Below are positions 33,098 through 38,061 of a stretch of DNA of 38,061 nucleotides, in pieces; position 1 is the stretch's first letter; each line of letters opens with the position of its first letter. Location of the stretch: NCBI GenBank assembly GCA_964364125.1, contig CAYIKS010000003.1, positions 1 to 38,061 on the forward strand, in the 5' to 3' direction. The notes beneath the pieces were generated by a model. The model was not told where the DNA came from. It searched no databases and saw nothing but the letters and a program-made list of their open reading frames with translations. This DNA is from an uncultured Candidatus Saccharibacteria bacterium (lineage in GTDB: Bacteria; Patescibacteriota; Minisyncoccia; UBA6257; UBA9933). Position numbers and translations under genes: made by a program.

Positions 33098-34639
33098 ATG
33101 GTAAAGAACTTATCCAAAGTTTACTCTGCCGAACTTGAAGGAATTGAGGCAAAACTGATTGAGGTGGAAACCGACATCAACGTCGGTCTTCATTCTTTTA
33201 ACATCGTCGGCTTGGCTGACCGGGCTTTAAACGAAGCGAAAGAAAGAGTCAGTTCGGCTTTAAAAAATTCCGGCGTAAAACCGCCGACTAAAGAAAATAG
33301 AAAAATTACGATTAACTTGGCGCCGGCGGACGTCAAAAAAACCGGCTCGCAGTATGATTTGGCGATTGCCGTCGGTTATCTTCTGGCGACCAAGCAAATA
33401 AAAAGTTTTGACGCTTCGGATAAAATTTTCATCGGCGAACTTTCTTTAGAGGGAATTCTTCGGCCGGTTAACGGCGCGTTGAACGTCTCCCAGCTGGCGA
33501 AGAAAGCCGGTTTTAATTTTTTATTTTTACCCAAGCGCAATGCCGTTGAAGCGGCAATTATTAAAGGCGTGAAAATTGTGCCGCTGGAGAACCTCAACGA
33601 GCTAATAGACCGATTAGAAGAAAGAAGCCCGGTTCTTTTTCAAAAGCCGACCGAATTTTTGCCAACCGAAGAAAATTCTCTTGTCGACATTTCCGAAATC
33701 AAAGGCCAAGAAAACGCCAAGCGGGCGCTATTGGTGGCGGCTGCCGGCGGACACAATGTTTTAATGAGCGGGCCTCCGGGCGCCGGCAAAACAATGCTGG
33801 CCCAGGCCTTAACCTCAATTTTTCCTCCGCCGTCGCTGGAAGAGGTTATTGAAATCAACCAAATTTACAGCGCGGCCGGCGCTTTGGGCAAGAACGTTTT
33901 TATGAATTCCCGGCCGTTTCGTTTCCCCCACCACACCGCTTCGCCGGTTTCGGTTATCGGCGGCGGAGCCACCCCCCGGCCCGGCGAAATTAGTTTGGCG
34001 CATCGGGGCGTTTTGTTTCTTGACGAGATTCCGGAATTCCGCCGCGATTTGCTTGAGGCGTTGCGGCAGCCGATGGAAAGCGGTTATGTCTGCGTGGCGC
34101 GGGCGAAAAATGTTTTGATGTTCCCGGCGAGATTTTCCTTGGTAGCGGCGATGAATCCCTGTCCTTGCGGTTTTTTCGGCGATTCCGAAAAAGAATGCCG
34201 TTGTACTGCCAACGAAGTTTTTCGTTATCAGAAAAAAATATCCGGCCCGCTACTTGACCGAATTGACATTCAAATTGAAGTGCCGCGAATAAAAATTGAA
34301 GAATTGAGGGCTTCAAGTCGAGATTTAAAAAAGAGCGGAGAGATGAAAGAAAAAGTTTTAAGAGCGCGGAAAATCCAAGAAGCGCGTTTTAAGAAAATCA
34401 AACCGAGAATCCTGACGAATTCCGAAATGAGTTCCCGGCAGGCGGATGAAATTATAAACTTCGACGCCTCGGCGGAAAATTTCCTGAAAAATATTTTGGA
34501 GAAATCTTTCGTTTCCGCCCGCGGTTATTACCGGGTTTTGAAAATCAGCCAAACCATTGCCGACTTGGAGGAGTCGGAAAAAATTTCAGCGAACCATTTA
34601 GCCGAAGCGTTCCAGTATCGGATAAGAGAGAGGGAATAG
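33098..34639 (+). CDS. comM: YifB/ComM family Mg-chelatase-like ATPase
   Basis: Lon-like N-terminal domain (IEVETDINVGLHSFNIVGLAD), Walker A GPPGAGKT and Walker B VLFLDE. The ATG at 33098 is preferred over the track start at 33002, which overlaps the DksA-like gene. Confidence 0.92.
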   Translation: MVKNLSKVYSAELEGIEAKLIEVETDINVGLHSFNIVGLADRALNEAKERVSSALKNSGVKPPTKENRKITINLAPADVKKTGSQYDLAIAVGYLLATKQIKSFDASDKIFIGELSLEGILRPVNGALNVSQLAKKAGFNFLFLPKRNAVEAAIIKGVKIVPLENLNELIDRLEERSPVLFQKPTEFLPTEENSLVDISEIKGQENAKRALLVAAAGGHNVLMSGPPGAGKTMLAQALTSIFPPPSLEEVIEINQIYSAAGALGKNVFMNSRPFRFPHHTASPVSVIGGGATPRPGEISLAHRGVLFLDEIPEFRRDLLEALRQPMESGYVCVARAKNVLMFPARFSLVAAMNPCPCGFFGDSEKECRCTANEVFRYQKKISGPLLDRIDIQIEVPRIKIEELRASSRDLKKSGEMKEKVLRARKIQEARFKKIKPRILTNSEMSSRQADEIINFDASAENFLKNILEKSFVSARGYYRVLKISQTIADLEESEKISANHLAEAFQYRIRERE

Positions 34640-34648
34640 AAATAGAAA

Positions 34649-35449
34649 ATGAGAAAATTTGGGCAGCATTTTTTAATCAATAAAAAAAAGATTCGGCAAA
34701 TCGTTGACGCCTTAGATTTAAAATCCGGCGATACGATAATTGAAATCGGGGCCGGACACGGGGAACTCACCGGTACGATAATTGAAAGATTGAAAGATTT
34801 AAAGATTAAAAGATTTAAATTAATCGCGATTGAGAAAGACAAGAAATTAAGAGAAGATTTAAGATTTAAGATTAAAGATTTAAGATTAGATAAAAAAGTA
34901 GAAATTATTGAAGGCGACGTTTTAAAAATATTACCGAAAATAATCTTTCAATTTAGCAATCTTCCAATTAGTAATTACAAAATTGTAGGCAACATTCCTT
35001 ATTATATTACCGGATATTTGTTTCGGACTTTAGGCGAATTAGAAATTAAACCTTCTTTGATTGTTTTAACAATCCAAAAGGAAGTGGCCGAGCGGATATG
35101 CGCCAAACCGCCGAAGATGAATTTACTAGCAGCCAGCGTTCAGTTCTGGGCAGAACCGGAAATTGCCGGTTATATTTCCAGAAAAGATTTCTGGCCTCAA
35201 CCAAAAGTGGACAGCGCGATTATAAACCTAACGCCTAAAACCCAAAACCTAACACCTAAAACCTATTATCCGTTTATAAAAATTTTATTTAAGCAACCGA
35301 GGAAGACAATTTTGAACAATTTACGGCGCATTGTTGACGATAAGAATCTTTTAATAAAAAAATTTGGACCAATCGGCGTCAGTCTAAACAATCGGCCGCA
35401 AAATTTATCAATAGAACAGATAATTGAACTCTCACAAATATTAAAATGA
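34649..35449 (+). CDS. rsmA: 16S rRNA (adenine1518/1519-N6)-dimethyltransferase RsmA/KsgA
   Basis: FGQHFL at the N-terminus, SAM motif IIEIGAGHGELT and the NIPYYIT motif. Confidence 0.93.
   Translation: MRKFGQHFLINKKKIRQIVDALDLKSGDTIIEIGAGHGELTGTIIERLKDLKIKRFKLIAIEKDKKLREDLRFKIKDLRLDKKVEIIEGDVLKILPKIIFQFSNLPISNYKIVGNIPYYITGYLFRTLGELEIKPSLIVLTIQKEVAERICAKPPKMNLLAASVQFWAEPEIAGYISRKDFWPQPKVDSAIINLTPKTQNLTPKTYYPFIKILFKQPRKTILNNLRRIVDDKNLLIKKFGPIGVSLNNRPQNLSIEQIIELSQILK
34782..34813. repeat. Octamer array TTGAAAGA TTGAAAGA TTTAAAGA TTAAAAGA inside rsmA
   Basis: Counted base by base. Translated as ERLKDLKIKRF, just after the SAM-binding motif. Confidence 0.8.
34854..34888. repeat. Heptamer array AAGATTT AAGATTT AAGATTA AAGATTT AAGATTA inside rsmA
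   Basis: Counted base by base. Translated as DLRFKIKDLRLD, showing the 7-aa period. Confidence 0.85.
35227..35264. repeat. Heptamer array CCTAACG CCTAAAA CCCAAAA CCTAACA CCTAAAA CCT inside rsmA, equivalent to a 21-nt direct repeat
   Basis: Counted base by base. Translated as NLTPKTQNLTPKT. Confidence 0.85.
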
Positions 35450-36306
35450 GAAATCTTTTACTAATTGACGCCAATGCTTTGGTTCATCGTTGTTTTCACG
35501 CTTTGCCGCCGCTGACCGGGTCCGGCGGGAAGCCGGTCGGCTCGATTTACGGACTGGCCAGTATCTTGCTGAAAATTTTTCGTGAACAGTCGTTTGATTA
35601 TATCACGGCTTTTTTTGACCGACCCGAGCCGACTTTCCGGAAGAAAATTTTTGATGAATATAAAATTCACCGGCCCAAGGCGCCGGACGAATTGGTTTCC
35701 CAAATCATCGAGGCCCACAAACTCTTTGAGGCGTTTGATGTTAAATTTTTTGAAACGCCGGGGTTTGAGGCGGACGACTTAATCGGCGCGGCAGTGGAAA
35801 AATTTAAAAATGTTCCGGATTTGAAAATTATCATTCTTACCGGCGACTTGGACACTCTACAGCTTATAGACAACGAAAGAGTGGCGGTGGAGATATTAAA
35901 AAAAGGCGTGAGCGAGACCGTCATTTACGATGAAGCGGCCGTGATTGGGCGGTACGGAGTTTTACCGAACCAACTTCCCGACTACAAAGGACTGGTCGGC
36001 GACCCCTCGGACAACATCCCGGGCGTTTCGGGAATCGGACCCAAGACCGCCGCTCCTTTAATACAAAAATACGGCAATCTGGAAAATTTTTTTGAAAACG
36101 GCAAAAAAGAAAAGGCCTACGAGAAAATCGCAAAATCAAAAGAACAAGCCCTTCTTTCAAGAAAATTAGCAAGAATCCGGCGAGACGCGGAGTTGTCATC
36201 GGCTAATTTGGAGGATTTAAAGTATAAAGGGCTGCCGAAGGCGAACATCGCCGGTTATTTTGAAAAATTGGGATTTAAAAGTTTAGTCAATAGAATGCTG
36301 AGTTGA
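35446..36306 (+). CDS. 5'-3' exonuclease (stand-alone Pol I N-terminal/FEN-like domain)
   Basis: 286 aa with LLIDANALVHRCFHA, FEADDLIG and GDPSDNIPGVSGIGPKTA motifs. Confidence 0.9.
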   Translation: MRNLLLIDANALVHRCFHALPPLTGSGGKPVGSIYGLASILLKIFREQSFDYITAFFDRPEPTFRKKIFDEYKIHRPKAPDELVSQIIEAHKLFEAFDVKFFETPGFEADDLIGAAVEKFKNVPDLKIIILTGDLDTLQLIDNERVAVEILKKGVSETVIYDEAAVIGRYGVLPNQLPDYKGLVGDPSDNIPGVSGIGPKTAAPLIQKYGNLENFFENGKKEKAYEKIAKSKEQALLSRKLARIRRDAELSSANLEDLKYKGLPKANIAGYFEKLGFKSLVNRMLS

Positions 36307-36738
36307 TTACAGCGGCTTTATTATTACATAGCGCTCTTTTCCTTCGCCGACGCTTTCGGTTTTAAGGTCGGGCCGTTGGGATAATTCCAAATGAATAAGC
36401 CGGCGCTCGTAAGCGTTCATCGGCGGAAGCGAAATTTCTTTTTTTTCGGCTGCTGATTTTCGGGCAGCCGCTCTTGTTAATTCCAAAATCAACCCCTCTC
36501 TTTCTCGGCGGTAATTGTTGATGTCAATGAAGACGCTGGCGGCGGCGTTATCTTTTTGGCTTATAATCCTCACCAAACAATCCAAACTGTTCACGAATTG
36601 CGGCAAGAATTTCTTCAAGTCGTCATTATCATTGATGAAAATCGAAAGCCGACGCGTCTCCGACTCTATATTAATGGAAAAATCCTCAAACCCCATCAGT
36701 TCAATCAGATTTTTAATTGTGTTATGAACCTGTTCCAT
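36307..36738 (-). CDS. Jag/KhpB-like RNA-binding protein (KH plus R3H)
   Basis: 143 aa with the R3H motif region (MNAYERRLIHLELS). It sits in the conserved position downstream of yidC. Confidence 0.85.
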   Translation of the reverse strand: MEQVHNTIKNLIELMGFEDFSINIESETRRLSIFINDNDDLKKFLPQFVNSLDCLVRIISQKDNAAASVFIDINNYRREREGLILELTRAAARKSAAEKKEISLPPMNAYERRLIHLELSQRPDLKTESVGEGKERYVIIKPL

Positions 36739-36741
36739 AAT

Positions 36742-37455
36742 TTATGCTTCATGCTTCGTGATTCTTTTATTGATAATTATCTGTTGTATAACCGAAAACA
36801 GCGAAGTAGTCAACCAGTAAAGCCCCACCGCCGAGGGAAGATTGTATAAAATCACCAGAGTCAAAACCGGTCCGATGAAAACCATCTGCCGGCCGATTCT
36901 TTCAGCCGGAGACAAATCCTTAGTTGGTTTATTGTTTTTCGGCAGAGAAAGTTTGCCTTGAAAATACTGAACAAGAGCGGCCGCAACCACAACTATGATA
37001 TTTTTGGCGCTTAAATCAATTAATCCAAGAAAATAATGGTCTAAAGTATCTGGCCTAGAGACAAAAGAATAAAGAATATTAAACGATTGTTCAGAAAGAC
37101 CTTTTAAAAAGACCCAGTATAAGGCAATCAAAATCGGCAGTTGGATTAAAAGCAATAAAAATCCCGAAAGCGGATTGACTTTATGTTGTTTGTAAAGCTC
37201 CATCATCGCCGTTGCCTGTTTTTGTTTGTCTTCCTTGTGGTTTTTCTGAATTTCTTTTATTTTCGGAGCCAGACGCTGGATAATTGCCTGGTCCTTGGCG
37301 CCTTTGTAAAACAGCGGGAAAAGAATCAGCCGGATTAGGATTGTTAGAAGAATAATGGCGACTCCCAAATCGCCGAAAGAAATGGTGTTATAAAGAAAAA
37401 CCAGAGCGTTTAACAGCGGCCGATATAAAATTTCGTTAAATAGTGTTGATATCAT
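36742..37455 (-). CDS. yidC: Membrane protein insertase YidC (short form)
   Basis: 237 aa with GVAIILLTILIRLILFPL, the MMELYKQHKVNPLSG motif and the conserved position after rnpA. Confidence 0.93.
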   Translation of the reverse strand: MISTLFNEILYRPLLNALVFLYNTISFGDLGVAIILLTILIRLILFPLFYKGAKDQAIIQRLAPKIKEIQKNHKEDKQKQATAMMELYKQHKVNPLSGFLLLLIQLPILIALYWVFLKGLSEQSFNILYSFVSRPDTLDHYFLGLIDLSAKNIIVVVAAALVQYFQGKLSLPKNNKPTKDLSPAERIGRQMVFIGPVLTLVILYNLPSAVGLYWLTTSLFSVIQQIIINKRITKHEA

Positions 37456-37778
37456 GAAATTAAGAAATTGATTTTTTCTTCAATCTCGTTTTTAGCGAGT
37501 TGGCTGGTTTTTGGCGAAACAATTATCAGAAAGTCGCTTCCGGGTTTCAGGTGTAATTTATTCAGTCGGACAAAATTGAAAATCATTCTTTTGATTTTGT
37601 TCCGTCGGACAGCGGATTTGGAAACCTTTCGGCTGACAACCGCTCCAAAACGGCTGAAGCCCAAATCATTGGGCTTGGACTTTACGGTGAAATATTCGCT
37701 GCGGACTATTTTAATCTTTTGGTTCGACCCGGGCCTGCCGAAAGATTGAATCGGCAGTCGAAACTTTTTAGCCAACAT
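37452..37778 (-). CDS. rnpA: Ribonuclease P protein component
   Basis: 108 aa, basic, with the RNR-like motif (KSAVRRNKIKRMI). It lies between rpmH and yidC. Confidence 0.9.
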   Translation of the reverse strand: MLAKKFRLPIQSFGRPGSNQKIKIVRSEYFTVKSKPNDLGFSRFGAVVSRKVSKSAVRRNKIKRMIFNFVRLNKLHLKPGSDFLIIVSPKTSQLAKNEIEEKINFLIS

Positions 37779-37782
37779 ATCA

Positions 37783-37917
37783 TTACACAGAAATCCTTTT
37801 TCTCTCCTTTCTTCTCCGTCTTTGTAAAACAGCCCGGCCGCCCGCTTTTCGCGACCGTCTCAGAAATCCGTGCGTTCGCGCTCTTTTTTTCTTTTTTGGC
37901 TGATAAGTGATGGACAT
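37783..37917 (-). CDS. rpmH: 50S ribosomal protein L34 (below the ORF-track size cut-off)
   Basis: My own translation is [44 protein letters not shown], which carries the L34 signature TYQP..K.R.R.HGF..R. It ends 4 nt before the rnpA start. Confidence 0.9.
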   Translation of the reverse strand: MSITYQPKKKKRARTHGFLRRSRKAGGRAVLQRRRRKERKRISV

Positions 37918-37932
37918 ATTTTTATTATTATC

Positions 37933-38061
37933 TTAACGAAACGAAGTGCCAATGGTGAGAATTAAGCCGTAAGCGTAGTTGTTCGGGCAGCATGCGCCTT
38001 TACACACCGGATTTAAACAAGGGTATTCACCTGGAAGATAGAGCCCTTTTGCCCAGACGCC
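37933..38061 (-). CDS. Possible 3' end of a CDS running off the window (Cys-rich C-terminus)
   Basis: The frame is open from the window edge to TAA at 37933-37935 and reads ...GEYPCLNPVCKGACCPNNYAYGLILTIGTSFR. A plus-strand frame (ATG at 37992) is also open to the edge, so the strand is unresolved. Confidence 0.25.
   Translation of the reverse strand, partial: GVWAKGLYLPGEYPCLNPVCKGACCPNNYAYGLILTIGTSFR

Noticed and set aside
3764-35264. Whether the period-7/8 tandem arrays could be CRISPR arrays or diversity-generating retroelement repeats.
   Set aside because: The units are 7-8 nt with no spacers, far too short for CRISPR. No cas genes, no reverse transcriptase, and no long template/variable repeat pair with A-specific mismatches were seen anywhere in the window.

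Overview
Very gene-dense chromosomal segment whose gene content and protein styles suggest a Candidate Phyla Radiation (Patescibacteria/Parcubacteria-like) bacterium; this is inference, nothing was searched. Supporting traits are compact housekeeping proteins, VirB2-like small pilins, a lamin-tail-domain protein and an IRTMxxDI-type membrane protein. The window spans the replication-origin neighbourhood: rpmH-rnpA-yidC-jag at 36.3-37.9 kb and dnaA-dnaN at 29.0-31.6 kb, with DnaA boxes in both flanking spacers. About 45 CDS are supported, mostly core functions: recO, glyQS, metG, gyrA, rpsA, ftsH, tsaE, ruvB, ruvC, a PilB-type ATPase, PBP1A, dnaN, dnaA, comM, rsmA, a 5'-3' exonuclease and yidC. 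There are three tRNAs: Leu-UAG, Ile-UAU and Val-UAC. No rRNA, CRISPR array, transposase, integrase or phage genes were seen. Items worth a second look: (1) five tandem, divergent VirB2/TrbC-like pilin paralogues, translationally coupled to an orphan solute-binding protein and to gyrA; (2) at least seven 7-8-nt x 4-5 tandem arrays translated in frame inside essential or conserved genes (glyQS, gyrA twice, an MBL-fold gene, rsmA three times), one of them split by a GC-rich palindrome; (3) mitochondrion-like tRNA punctuation, where the ftsH and dedA stop codons are U8-A9-G10 of the downstream tRNAs; (4) a tRNA-Ile with a UAU anticodon; (5) three self-contained cassettes with atypical-looking codon choice (an SPFH pair, a TRASH-like zinc-ribbon ORF, a lipoprotein), each with its own terminator and two of them with a consensus promoter; (6) two multi-hairpin intergenic regions that may be structured RNAs, one carrying a 16S-like anti-Shine-Dalgarno mimic; (7) a dnaA-dnaN block visibly more AT-rich than its flanks. 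All functional calls rest on motifs I recognise by eye, and all need HMM or BLAST confirmation.
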